From: a virus
Taxonomy: Duplodnaviria; Caudoviricetes
Length of the DNA stretch: 64,000 bases
IMG/VR virus record: IMGVR_UViG_3300029305_005484
Strand: one strand, 5' to 3'
Shown here: in pieces, positions 19,300 to 29,736 of the stretch
How the letters are laid out: every line of letters begins with the position of its first letter
How positions within the stretch are numbered: position 1 is the first letter of the stretch
Position numbers and translations under genes: made by a program
Notes under the pieces: generated by a model
Database searches by the model: none
Told to the model about the DNA's origin: nothing
What the model saw: only the letters and a program-made list of their open reading frames with translations

Positions 19300-20463
19300 T
19301 CATGATATTTTTTCTGGGTTTCTCTTATAAATTACAGGTGTAATAGAACATCCGTTACCATTAATAACTTCTGTATCATTACTTCTTTTAAATGAAATAC
19401 GAGATAATGTAAATTCATCTGGTAATGTATGAGATTTATTTATATCGCATTCATTATATTTTTTTATAACATGTATTCGTCTTGTATGATTGATAAGTTC
19501 TTTATCATTCATAAAACTAGAACTTATAGCCCAGATATTATGCTCATCATATTTACCATCTTTAATAATGAGTGTATATGCTAATGCTAATGCATCAATA
19601 GTATCTTTAACCTGAAATCTATTTATATCATTTATATTTTCTTGAGGGTCATAATCTGGAGCAACCACAATAATAGATTGATTGATATTCCTATATTCAA
19701 TATATTTATACGTTATAGGATCAACGATTAATACAGTACCTAAACATTTACTATCAAAGAATTTCTTATTAATGTAAAATCGTGATGAACAAATATGTTC
19801 ATTAGATATAAAATGTCTAGTTACTTGATCATATAGTAGTATTAAATCAACATCAATCAATGGATAAAATGCTTTATCATCTACTAAAATTTCTTTTATT
19901 GCAGGTCTTAATATATCTATACGTTTAGGTATAGTATAAAACGTAGTTATTCCTTCATAAATGAAAATATTTGCAAGTAAATATAAAAGTAATATAATAG
20001 TAGAGATATTATCATCAGCAGCAAATAATTCTAACATGACTGTACTAAGAGTTATTATAGTATAACTGATAACACTATGTTTATTTTTTTGATATAGAAT
20101 TGATGATGCTACACGCCACATTTCTGCAAGTGAAATATCTTTACTATTCGAATCGGTTCTATGATTTACACAATGTTTTTTAGCAGATTCCATTCTTAGC
20201 AAACTATCAAACTCAGCAACTAACCATGTAATTGATGTTAATGGTAAATATAAATCAAATATATGTATAGTCTCTCTAAGTTCAACAGGTATAAAGAAAT
20301 GAGCAAATAAAATATAGATTATCGATAATAATCCTGATATAAAAATCATTCTTTTTCTTTTATTTTTCCATTTCATATTACCATTATAGTATAAACTATC
20401 AAGAATTGCTTCACCATAGTTGTTATTATAATAGATATCAGTATAGTTTAAGTATAGTTTCAT
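19300..20463 (-). CDS. multi-pass membrane protein
   Basis: 387 aa, about four hydrophobic segments in the N-terminal half. Confidence 0.7.
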   Translation of the reverse strand: MKLYLNYTDIYYNNNYGEAILDSLYYNGNMKWKNKRKRMIFISGLLSIIYILFAHFFIPVELRETIHIFDLYLPLTSITWLVAEFDSLLRMESAKKHCVNHRTDSNSKDISLAEMWRVASSILYQKNKHSVISYTIITLSTVMLELFAADDNISTIILLLYLLANIFIYEGITTFYTIPKRIDILRPAIKEILVDDKAFYPLIDVDLILLYDQVTRHFISNEHICSSRFYINKKFFDSKCLGTVLIVDPITYKYIEYRNINQSIIVVAPDYDPQENINDINRFQVKDTIDALALAYTLIIKDGKYDEHNIWAISSSFMNDKELINHTRRIHVIKKYNECDINKSHTLPDEFTLSRISFKRSNDTEVINGNGCSITPVIYKRNPEKIS

Positions 20464-20493
20464 AATAACATACCACCTTTCTATAGTTTACTT

Positions 20494-20910
20494 TTATGTT
20501 CTTTTAGCCTTCCTATCTACGTTTAACTCCATTTTTGAAGGCACATAGAAAAGTTCTATAGTTGTAGTTTCCGAAACGAATACTCTCTCTTCTTTTTCGA
20601 TAACCTTGGTTTCTACATAATAAATTCCACAGTTATCTCTTTCTGCTAAGAGTCTTTTATACTCTCTTTTATAATTGATTTCAGAAAAGCATTCACAAAT
20701 ATCTTTAAAGTATGATGTAGAAGGTATCATATTAACAGCAAATATTTTCTTTTTATCAAAAGTTTTTGTACCTCTATTAAATATTAAATTAACAGAGCAT
20801 TTCTCTTTTCTATCATTTGCTACAACTAATAGATACCCTTTCTTTTCAAGTATATTTTCTTTCTTTTTAAATATTGGAAATTTATCTTGTAAGTAAGATG
20901 TAAATTTCAT
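20494..20910 (-). CDS. hypothetical protein
   Basis: 138 aa, AAGGGGA RBS. Confidence 0.7.
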   Translation of the reverse strand: MKFTSYLQDKFPIFKKKENILEKKGYLLVVANDRKEKCSVNLIFNRGTKTFDKKKIFAVNMIPSTSYFKDICECFSEINYKREYKRLLAERDNCGIYYVETKVIEKEERVFVSETTTIELFYVPSKMELNVDRKAKRT

Positions 20911-20978
20911 GTTTTAAATCCCCTTTCTTTTAATACCTCATGAAACACATTGTTACTGCATTTCATGAGGAATAATAG

Positions 20979-22661
20979 TTAAATAGTTCTTAAGAAAAAT
21001 CCAAGTTCGTCTGTAATTGAATTCTTTTCTACGTTAATTTCGGTTCCATAAATATCTGGATTTTCATAACAGCAATATGTAAATACAGTATTATTAATAG
21101 TGGATAAAATACTCATAATTGAGTCTTTATCAATCTCTTCCAAATATTTATACTTATTATGAAGTAAGTCATCGATAATGTAACTTTCTTCACAATCTTC
21201 TTTGAACTTCGCATTTCTGATTAAACGCGTATTAATTTTCTCTTTAATGTTTCCAGTTAAAATATACGGAAGTGCAACTCTATCAGTAAACACATTCGTA
21301 TTGTCAAAACCAGATTCACGTAAAATTCTTTTCTTAAGAATTAATGCAAGTCTAATAAAGTTGTCTCTAGAAATACCTAATGTATTTCTAAATGAACCTA
21401 AATTTCCTGCAAATAAAGATGTTATTAACATTTGATGAAGTGGTTGAATATTAAAGTGTTTCTTATAATAATCAAGTTCATCATCTGTAATTTCAAATCC
21501 ATATTCATTAATTAGTCTTTCAACTTCATCTGTTACAGATTCTTTTGCGATAATAATACTTCCCTCATCAAGTTTTTCAAGTTGCATTTCCATTTTATCA
21601 ACACCTGATAAACCGTCTGCATTTCTTGCATATGTGAGTTCTGTGAACCCTTTACTATGTTGCTCTTTAATGAAATACATGAGTTGATATTTTATTATTG
21701 TCTTGATAAACCCAGTGATATTCTCTTTGTATTTCTTTGCATTTTCATCCCAGTTCTCATTAAACTTGAATTTTACTAAATTTTCACTAATTAGTACAAC
21801 TCTAGTGAAACGATGAATTACTGAAAATTCATCAATACCAAGAATCTCTCTTTGAGCATACATCTTATCATTATTACTTTTATTCTCCATTACCTTCGCT
21901 TTTACATAGACAAACAACTTGTTATACATATTGCATGTATCACTAAATATGTCGAATAAACCTTTAAATGCATTGAATAGATGAGGAGTTGTTTTATTTA
22001 CAATAATTTTATTTTTTGCCAAATAATGGAAAATTACTGGACTCATCATCTTAATACCAAAACTAATCTTTAACAAAGTTTTGATATGTTCATTTGTAAA
22101 CTCTAAAGATTCTAAATGTTTCTTTTCTTTTGTGATGTATTTCTTAGAGCCTTCATCAGACTCAATATCATCAAGATAATTATCATCAACTAACTGATGG
22201 ATTTTTCTGATTATTGACGGTGTAAACATAACTTCATAGATATGGTCTATGAATTGTCCTAGTTGTGCTTCACCTGTAAAATAAATTTCTCCATCTTCAT
22301 TATCGGTAACAAACTTAAGATGAAGATAAGCTGTCAATAGTTCATGTTCTTTATCATATGCATGAATAAAGAAATTAACATATCTACAGATAACTGGTAG
22401 TTGATTCGAATATGAATCTTTTCTAATCGTAAATTCATGATATCCTGCCAAACTCTTAATACCAAAAATCTTATGAAATTCAATATAACATTTTTGTGGC
22501 TCATATGTTAAATATCGCTCTTCATCAGTTTCTACCCATTCATTAATAGGCGCCTTAAGAGTGGACCTGTCAATCACTGGTTTTGAAACAACTTGTTCAC
22601 CATCTTCAGTTGTTTCTAAAACTTCGGATTCTTCCATTTCAATTTTCTTTCTTCGTCCCAT
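20979..22661 (-). CDS. candidate nvRNAP promoter-specificity (sigma-like) subunit, AR9 gp226/phiKZ gp68-like
   Basis: 560-aa early gene (AATATATTAT at 22698-22707) two genes from the chaperonin, mirroring AR9 gp226-gp227-gp228; inferred from position only. Confidence 0.45.
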   Translation of the reverse strand: MGRRKKIEMEESEVLETTEDGEQVVSKPVIDRSTLKAPINEWVETDEERYLTYEPQKCYIEFHKIFGIKSLAGYHEFTIRKDSYSNQLPVICRYVNFFIHAYDKEHELLTAYLHLKFVTDNEDGEIYFTGEAQLGQFIDHIYEVMFTPSIIRKIHQLVDDNYLDDIESDEGSKKYITKEKKHLESLEFTNEHIKTLLKISFGIKMMSPVIFHYLAKNKIIVNKTTPHLFNAFKGLFDIFSDTCNMYNKLFVYVKAKVMENKSNNDKMYAQREILGIDEFSVIHRFTRVVLISENLVKFKFNENWDENAKKYKENITGFIKTIIKYQLMYFIKEQHSKGFTELTYARNADGLSGVDKMEMQLEKLDEGSIIIAKESVTDEVERLINEYGFEITDDELDYYKKHFNIQPLHQMLITSLFAGNLGSFRNTLGISRDNFIRLALILKKRILRESGFDNTNVFTDRVALPYILTGNIKEKINTRLIRNAKFKEDCEESYIIDDLLHNKYKYLEEIDKDSIMSILSTINNTVFTYCCYENPDIYGTEINVEKNSITDELGFFLRTI

Positions 22662-22733
22662 TTCAAATCTCCTTTATATATTTTTACCTCCAAACAAATA
22701 ATATATTCATATGATAAAAAACCAATAAAATAT

Positions 22734-23561
22734 TTATCTTTTAGTGGTACTTCTTTTAGCTACAACCTTTTTCTTTTTAGATATTCCAGTTGTTTTTGGT
22801 TTTACTGGATTATGATAATCTGATAATGTAGAACGTGTAGGAGATTTTATATTTGTTTTTGTTGGCATTCGTTTTTGTACATCACCTATAATCCTTTTAA
22901 CACTTTTTTCTACTAATGACCTATCAACTCTTCCTTCTTCTCTCGCTTTCTTTTCAACATCATAAGATGTTGATTTCATAGAATCCTCAGTAGTTAATAC
23001 TGAATCTACTAAATCTCTGAATTGTAATTTTCTTGTGTATCTAAGAGCTGATTTAGATAGATAAGTTAATCGGTTATCATATAAAAACTTTGTAGCAAAA
23101 TATATAGATTTGTCGTACATAAGTTCCATGTTTTTGTTAGCTTGCTCTGGGAGGGTATCTGCATATTCAGGATTTAACTTCTCTTGAAGAGCATCTATCA
23201 TGTAACCATGTAATTTGTATAATGCTGCATATTTATACACAAAACTAGGGCTATTTGAAAAGAATTGAATTACATAAAAATCTAATGTGTGTTCTTTAAC
23301 CATAGTATCAGTTTTTGGCATGAATTGTATTACAACATCATATGTTTTTCCTGGTTGTGATTCAGATGGAACTTTAACGTGAATATAATAAGATTCATCC
23401 AAAATGGAATATCCTACTACTTTAATAAGAGATTTAAACTTTTCATATTTTGGATTAAGTTTTTCTCCTACATCAGTAATAGATACTCCAAATGGATGAA
23501 CTAAAAAATCACTTAAAGTTTGATATACTGGATCTCCAACATGTAATAGGTTCTTATCCAT
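22734..23561 (-). CDS. hypothetical protein with basic C-terminus
   Basis: 275-aa ORF, GAGG RBS. Confidence 0.75.
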   Translation of the reverse strand: MDKNLLHVGDPVYQTLSDFLVHPFGVSITDVGEKLNPKYEKFKSLIKVVGYSILDESYYIHVKVPSESQPGKTYDVVIQFMPKTDTMVKEHTLDFYVIQFFSNSPSFVYKYAALYKLHGYMIDALQEKLNPEYADTLPEQANKNMELMYDKSIYFATKFLYDNRLTYLSKSALRYTRKLQFRDLVDSVLTTEDSMKSTSYDVEKKAREEGRVDRSLVEKSVKRIIGDVQKRMPTKTNIKSPTRSTLSDYHNPVKPKTTGISKKKKVVAKRSTTKR

Positions 23562-23585
23562 TTCTCAAACCTCACTTTATTTCAA

Positions 23586-25691
23586 TTAATAATTTCCTCT
23601 TGTAATCACTAATTGATTTCCTGTTGTTAATAAACTTACTAAGTCTGATGATGCAATTAAGATTTCTCTATCTGTAGCAGCACTATTAATTACTCTTCTA
23701 TTGAAAGCGATTGTAGGTACTGTACTTTCACTCATATCCAAATCAAGAGTTGTACCTGAATACAACTCAATCTCATTGATAAGTGTGAATAAATCAGTTT
23801 CTGGATTATCACGATATGTGACTTTCAGATAACTCATGAAATCATTAATATATGAAATGTCTTCTTGGAAAATTACTCGAACTCCAATGTTTTCGGAAAT
23901 ACATCCAAGAATATCACCCATTACATCTTCACTAGAAGTGTATAAATTTTCTTTAGCAATGATATTTGACAAGTCGATTTTCTTATTACTAAATCCGTTT
24001 TCAAGAACACAAAATCTCACATGTCTAAATGCTTTAAACATAACTTCCAGTAAGAATTTATCTGCATCTGATCTTTCAGGACAATCTATCTCATCCCTAA
24101 TAGCGTTTAATAAAGTGGTATGTCCACCATTGATAACACCATTTCTGTATGCAGACAAAGCTGCTTTTACAGCATCATCCATAGCATCAACTAAGAATTG
24201 CTGTTTGAAATCTGTTGATGCACCAACTTCGATTTGTCCCATTTTAAGTTTCAAACTTAGATATCTCTTTTGAGCATCATCTACTTCAAAGTTAAATGTA
24301 CCAAGTTTGCTGTACTTTTCGATAACAGCATCAAGTTCAACTTTAGCATCGTTTACATATTTCTCATACAATGATTCATCATAATCAAAATCTCTAAAGA
24401 TAGATTCTTTATCATAATGAAGCATAACTTCACCGGTATATCCGATTCTGAATGAGAATTCTTCATCAAGAGGAACAACTCCAATTTCACCAGCATCTGC
24501 ATTTTTTAATACATATGGAACTTGTGCATGGGAGTTAGAATTTTTAGCCATAATCATATTACCTTCAATTTTTCGGTTATCAAGATTGATATACTGAAGA
24601 AGGTTTGATACATCTGATTTAGTATCAACAAGGTCTTTCGTTCTCTTAATGATTTCATATTCAATAGACTGAGTTATAAGTTGTGTATTACAAAGCATTG
24701 CCAAGTCACTAACACGTTTCTTATCTGAATTACGAGAATTTCTATATCCCATAATTACAAGATTGATATCTTTTGTCTGTCTATATTCAGAATTTAAATC
24801 ATTAAGAATGTCACCTTGAAGTGTTACCTCATCATAATTAGGTGCAATACAAATAAGTTTTCTTCCTCTCATCTTGCATAAAACTGAAAGAGGTGCCAAA
24901 ATATATTTGTATGAATTAAGGCTAACTTTATGATCAAATATAACAACATCACATTTTTGTGCATGTAATGATTGGTTGTCATTATTTACATAGATTCTGT
25001 CCATAAGTTTTGCATGGAACATGAATCCGTCAACAACTCTTCCTTTTGTCACACCATCTGCAGCTTTAACTACACTAATTGCTGGATATCCAATTTGTCT
25101 GTATAAATCAACAATTATGTCTGTAAGTTCTTTATCTGCATTTGATGATACATATACTACTTGTCTTATATATTCACACATTTCTTCAAGAGGTAAACTC
25201 TTAATATCTGTGGCATATAAACTAAGACGTTTATTAACATCTTCAACAAGTTCTTTTGTTCGATTAAGAACGTTTCTAGGTAAGAAAAATAACTTATTAA
25301 TCTTATCTGAATTTTTCTTAAATTCTTGATACATTGCATTTGCAGAAACTACAGCACTAGTAGTTCCATCACCTACTGCAAAATTAAGTCTTCCACAGAT
25401 ATCTGCAATCATTCCGGAAATGACTTGGTCAACGTATCCATATTGTGAATTGTAACGAATATTTTTCATGATAGTAAAACCATCTTTCGTTACATGGTAA
25501 CCAGGTGGTTGTGAAATAATAGCATGTGCACCAACTGGTCCTAAAGATTTTTGTAATGTACTAGCTATCTGGTCAAACACAGATGAAATTCTAGAATCCA
25601 TTACATCCTTTGATATGACATTAATCTCTGGGTCAAATGCTACAATAGACTGAGCAAATGTCATATCTTTTTTCTTTTTACCTTTTGACAT
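23586..25691 (-). CDS. groEL: GroEL-like phage chaperonin
   Basis: SLGPVG, VTKDG, GDGTTSA, DDAVKAA..GVINGG motifs; late promoter at 25722-25733. Confidence 0.9.
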   Translation of the reverse strand: MSKGKKKKDMTFAQSIVAFDPEINVISKDVMDSRISSVFDQIASTLQKSLGPVGAHAIISQPPGYHVTKDGFTIMKNIRYNSQYGYVDQVISGMIADICGRLNFAVGDGTTSAVVSANAMYQEFKKNSDKINKLFFLPRNVLNRTKELVEDVNKRLSLYATDIKSLPLEEMCEYIRQVVYVSSNADKELTDIIVDLYRQIGYPAISVVKAADGVTKGRVVDGFMFHAKLMDRIYVNNDNQSLHAQKCDVVIFDHKVSLNSYKYILAPLSVLCKMRGRKLICIAPNYDEVTLQGDILNDLNSEYRQTKDINLVIMGYRNSRNSDKKRVSDLAMLCNTQLITQSIEYEIIKRTKDLVDTKSDVSNLLQYINLDNRKIEGNMIMAKNSNSHAQVPYVLKNADAGEIGVVPLDEEFSFRIGYTGEVMLHYDKESIFRDFDYDESLYEKYVNDAKVELDAVIEKYSKLGTFNFEVDDAQKRYLSLKLKMGQIEVGASTDFKQQFLVDAMDDAVKAALSAYRNGVINGGHTTLLNAIRDEIDCPERSDADKFLLEVMFKAFRHVRFCVLENGFSNKKIDLSNIIAKENLYTSSEDVMGDILGCISENIGVRVIFQEDISYINDFMSYLKVTYRDNPETDLFTLINEIELYSGTTLDLDMSESTVPTIAFNRRVINSAATDREILIASSDLVSLLTTGNQLVITRGNY

Positions 25692-25749
25692 ATTCTGTTC
25701 TCCTTATATCAAATTTTTATTTAAAGTGGTGTTTTTAAAGATATTAGAA

Positions 25750-26469
25750 TCAAGCGATTCTAAATGTTGCCCACTTAAATGTATGCTTAGTTGATAAATA
25801 TTTCATATCTATCAAAAAAGTATCTTTTTTATCATCAGTGAAATTATATCTATAATTCACTGGTAATAATACTGATGAAAAATCCAGTTTTCCTAATTCT
25901 TCTAATATTAGTACATTCATCACGTCTGAAAAGAAATAAGTTGTATCAGAAGGAATTGTTTTTAAAACATCTCTGATATCACCTGTTACTAATTTTACAG
26001 AATTTCCAAATTTTTTCTCAATATCATTTTTAACAAATTCATTTTCTTCAGGATAATAAATTACTACTTCTTTTACTAATGACATAGCAAGTAGATTATT
26101 TATAATAGGAACTACTAATGTATCAACATCTGAATTGAAAAATATTTCTTCAGAATTTACTAAGTTATTGAGTAAATTATCTAAAGTTTCAATTTCAATA
26201 GTTTCTTTATCCTTTAATAAATCAACCAATGGATTCCTATATTTTCTTTCTAAATAAAAATCAAAAAGTGATTGTGGTGATAAATATTTTATAACGTCAG
26301 TATTAAATAAATCATACACACTTTCATTATTTCTAAAAAAAGAAAGAAATGTAAACCATTGTAATTGAATAGTATCTGTATATTCAACAAATACACATGT
26401 TGAATTTTGAAATAATCTGCTAGATGATCTAAATCTGACATTATTATCAAATTTCATAGGTTCTTTCAT
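25750..26469 (-). CDS. hypothetical protein
   Basis: 239-aa ORF, GAGGTG RBS. Confidence 0.75.
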   Translation of the reverse strand: MKEPMKFDNNVRFRSSSRLFQNSTCVFVEYTDTIQLQWFTFLSFFRNNESVYDLFNTDVIKYLSPQSLFDFYLERKYRNPLVDLLKDKETIEIETLDNLLNNLVNSEEIFFNSDVDTLVVPIINNLLAMSLVKEVVIYYPEENEFVKNDIEKKFGNSVKLVTGDIRDVLKTIPSDTTYFFSDVMNVLILEELGKLDFSSVLLPVNYRYNFTDDKKDTFLIDMKYLSTKHTFKWATFRIA

Positions 26470-26491
26470 TTAATTCACCTCAAAAATAAAA

Positions 26492-26524
26492 GATGGGAAT
26501 AAGATTTAAATCTTATTCCCATTC
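26492..26524 (-). terminator. intrinsic terminator
   Basis: ATGGGAATAAGATTT/AAATCTTATTCCCAT palindrome. Confidence 0.75.
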
Positions 26525-26527
26525 ATT

Positions 26528-27352
26528 TTATGAAAATGGTAGTTCGTCATTTTGTCCTGGAGCTGGGAAATCAAAGAATCCACCTGTTGCTCCACTACCA
26601 CTACTGTAAGAATTTTGTGGTGCAGCGAAATTCATTCCTTGTGTTTGACCACCATATTGGTTGCCATTTGAGTTACTTTGGTATGAGTTTCCACTGTTAT
26701 TCTGAAATGATTTTCCTCTTTCAGAATGGAATTTTCTTACATGTTCTGAGTAAGGTAATAATAATTGATTGCTTGTAAGCATATTCAGGAATGAATTGAA
26801 GTCTGCATTCGCATGAATAGTTTTGTTAGATAATCCTGTATTAGGATTATAATCCAACATTACTACACGTTTATCAAACTTATGTTTGAATGTGCTTGCT
26901 GGAGAAGCAATATTATTACTATCTACCATACCATAATAAACGAAATAAAGATCTGGTGTTTCTCCACCATCTGATGCTGGTGTCATTTCGAAACCTACAA
27001 CATTTCGTTTAGGTTCACGACCTGTTTCGACTGTAACACTCAAAAGTTCTGGACAAGGTTCTCCATTAAGAACTACTCTGTCATAAACTGGTTTGATCAC
27101 TGTTCTGAATTGTTCTACTAAAGCTTCACAAGCTTCGATTGTTAATGCTGTTTTTCCTTGACGATTTTGGTCATATTGCATTACTCCATTTCCGTCCACT
27201 CCAATTGCTGGACTAATTGTAATGCTGTAACTTTGGTTCCATAATGATAGTGCCATAGATGAAACATCTGAATTGAATGTTTTAAATCTAGTATTTACAC
27301 TAACACCATTGTTTTGTTGTGTGTTCATTCTATTTGAGTTATTTCCCCACAT
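26528..27352 (-). CDS. putative single-stranded DNA-binding protein
   Basis: G/N/Q/S-rich linker ending in the SSB-like tip NDELPFS; early promoter at 27392-27399. Confidence 0.6.
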   Translation of the reverse strand: MWGNNSNRMNTQQNNGVSVNTRFKTFNSDVSSMALSLWNQSYSITISPAIGVDGNGVMQYDQNRQGKTALTIEACEALVEQFRTVIKPVYDRVVLNGEPCPELLSVTVETGREPKRNVVGFEMTPASDGGETPDLYFVYYGMVDSNNIASPASTFKHKFDKRVVMLDYNPNTGLSNKTIHANADFNSFLNMLTSNQLLLPYSEHVRKFHSERGKSFQNNSGNSYQSNSNGNQYGGQTQGMNFAAPQNSYSSGSGATGGFFDFPAPGQNDELPFS

Positions 27353-27412
27353 ATGGTTTTACCAATCCTTTCTAAGTATATATTCATATTTATAATATAT
27401 CAAATAAATTAA

Positions 27413-28168
27413 TTATTCGATAATTTCACGGGGTAACAGAGGATTTTCCTCTCGGTACTTCTTTAAAATTCGATTTCTTATTTCTCCTTCGATTTTGATT
27501 CTCATAGGAATGCGAATCATATTACAATATTTTTCGGTAAAATTACCAGTTAAAATAAAATCTTCATAATATTCTGCGACCAATGTCAATTCAGTTAACG
27601 GTTCATCGCCTTCACATAATCGTAAGAAATCATCAACATCTAACTTTACATCATGGACTATATAATTCATAATGTCTGATAAGTTAGCTAAAATAGTAGC
27701 ATCGTCTTCATCAATTTCTTTTTTAAAAGCTTGAGTTGTTATGTCTTTTCTTCGAGTTGCATTTTCGATAAAGAACTCTTTATTTTCGTTAATGTAATTA
27801 TAGAATAGATTGAAGAAGTTATTCTTCATATTAATAATAAAGAAACGATATGTGAAATGAATCAAATCTTGTTGTTCTTCTCTACTCATTTCTTTTAAAT
27901 TATTAATACCTATTCCCAATCGATTCATAAGTGTCTCTTCCATGAAATCAATAAAATTATCATGATAGGACAGTAACGTATCGTTCTCATCATCATCTTC
28001 AACTAATTCTTTAGAATAATTATATTGATTTATGAATGATGAGATGTAATCCATTCTAAAGTTATCTGGATTACCAAATTGCATTAATATGTTTTGCTCT
28101 AATAAACCCACAGGAACTTGTGATAAGAAAGTACTATCTTCATTATTAAAAACATTTGTAATACTCAA
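27413..28168 (-). CDS. hypothetical protein
   Basis: 251 aa, TTG start, GAGG RBS. Confidence 0.7.
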   Translation of the reverse strand: MSITNVFNNEDSTFLSQVPVGLLEQNILMQFGNPDNFRMDYISSFINQYNYSKELVEDDDENDTLLSYHDNFIDFMEETLMNRLGIGINNLKEMSREEQQDLIHFTYRFFIINMKNNFFNLFYNYINENKEFFIENATRRKDITTQAFKKEIDEDDATILANLSDIMNYIVHDVKLDVDDFLRLCEGDEPLTELTLVAEYYEDFILTGNFTEKYCNMIRIPMRIKIEGEIRNRILKKYREENPLLPREIIE

Positions 28169-28241
28169 AATTTTTCAACCTCTCTTTTTTATTTATTTTG
28201 GTTTTTGAAATATTTCCGAGTATTTTTGACCTTCATTCTTA

Positions 28242-28586
28242 TTAGGTATTTTTATTATCTTTCCTTAATGCATCGTTCATAGCAATTTCGTTATGAGGAT
28301 TAATTTTAGGATCGATATGATTTAATTCGTGGAAATTTTTTACAAAATTCTCTGAATCTTCAATTGTGATTAAATTCCTATTTCCAGATATTAAGTGTGT
28401 TAACACTCTTGCAGAATGCGCAAAAATTTCAACATGTCCACATTGGTTACATGCTACAACTTTAATAGCTTCTTCAAGTTTTGTATCTGTAGAACTTTTT
28501 GGAATAAATCCAGATGATATATTTTTATCTTTTGATCCACAGAATTTGCATTTCCATCTATGTAATCTTTCAGCTGATACTAACAT
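28242..28586 (-). CDS. Zn-ribbon protein
   Basis: CKFCGS...CNQCGH. Confidence 0.7.
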   Translation of the reverse strand: MLVSAERLHRWKCKFCGSKDKNISSGFIPKSSTDTKLEEAIKVVACNQCGHVEIFAHSARVLTHLISGNRNLITIEDSENFVKNFHELNHIDPKINPHNEIAMNDALRKDNKNT

Positions 28587-28681
28587 ATAGTATACCTCAC
28601 TTTCTAATCATCAATTTTCCTATGATTTAATGAAGTGTAGTTTTTTAAATTATAAATAATATGAGCAGAGTAGATAAAAAT

Positions 28682-29326
28682 CTACTCTGCTAAATTTGTT
28701 CGTTTTAAAACTTCTAAACGATATTTTTGATTTACATTAGGATATTTATCTCTATCAACAAGTTCAAAAAACATTGATTGTGGTCTTGCAAATGTTTCAA
28801 ATGGATAATATAATGCTTGATATATTATAAGCATCTCTCCAGTTTCTGTGTGTTTAGCAATATCTGTAACTCTATATAGATATTTATTTTGTAAAACTTC
28901 ATCATCCTTTATCAGTTCTTGTTTAAAATGCTTTATAATATCACCAATTTGAATTCTCGGTTGATCGTATTTCATAGTATCTATATTTTTATCACTAATA
29001 ATAATACCATTTCCATTAATATTATTAAGACCATATGACATATGACCTATATTATCGTATTGATTTTTATATAGGTTAAAAAATAAATCACTATAATCCA
29101 AATCTGGAAAGTTATATTTTATTATAGATACTGATTCTTTAATAGTATCTTCATTAACATCTTTCTTTTTTGTAGTTTTTTCCAAAACCTTTTTCCAATC
29201 AATACTATTTAATATAACTTTAGGACATGCGGTATAATCACATTCTAAATCTTTTAATATACTTTCCCAATCAATTTCTTGATGTTGTGATTGTACAATT
29301 TGTTCCATAATCATTCTCCTTATCAA
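28682..29326 (-). CDS. DUF1653-domain protein
   Basis: IKHFK..YRV..IAKHTETGEMLIIYQALY..FARPQSMF. Confidence 0.8.
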   Translation of the reverse strand: MIRRMIMEQIVQSQHQEIDWESILKDLECDYTACPKVILNSIDWKKVLEKTTKKKDVNEDTIKESVSIIKYNFPDLDYSDLFFNLYKNQYDNIGHMSYGLNNINGNGIIISDKNIDTMKYDQPRIQIGDIIKHFKQELIKDDEVLQNKYLYRVTDIAKHTETGEMLIIYQALYYPFETFARPQSMFFELVDRDKYPNVNQKYRLEVLKRTNLAE

Positions 29327-29361
29327 TAAATTTTATTAATAAGTTAAATTATATATAAAAA

Positions 29362-29736
29362 CTAACTATTTGAAATATATGTACAGTCATATGTAAATAA
29401 TACATACTTCTCCCCTATGTCAAGACCCAAAGATATAATATTATATGTTCTATCATAAGATACATGTGTAGGGTATACATCTCCTGTAGTTGTATCACAA
29501 ACAAGAAGTGTTCCAAATTGACTAGATAAATGAGTGTTAATTGGATGCCATGGTAATGCTAGAATAGATGTTCCTTTAGCTCTAGCTGATAACCAACCTC
29601 TAACTTTTACAGTACAAACTCTTCCATATTTATAGCAAACACTTTCCCCTATAGTACAATTCCATGCTGTACAATTTCCACTAACAACTTCTAAGTTTGG
29701 AATTTTTCCTTCTAATTCTTCTTGATTGCAGTTTTG
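29362..29736 (-). other. cassette 3: start-less tail-fibre tip-like module of about 124 aa
   Basis: Hand translation QNCNQEELEGKIPNLEVVSGNCTAWNCTIGESVCYKYGRVCTVKVRGWLSARAKGTSILALPWHPINTHLSSQFGTLLVCDTTTGDVYPTHVSYDRTYNIISLGLDIGEKYVLFTYDCTYISNS*; no Met; YKYGRVCTV and LPWHP resemble the Y-K-x-G-x-V-x-V...LP..RP pattern of fibre C-terminal heads. Confidence 0.78.
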
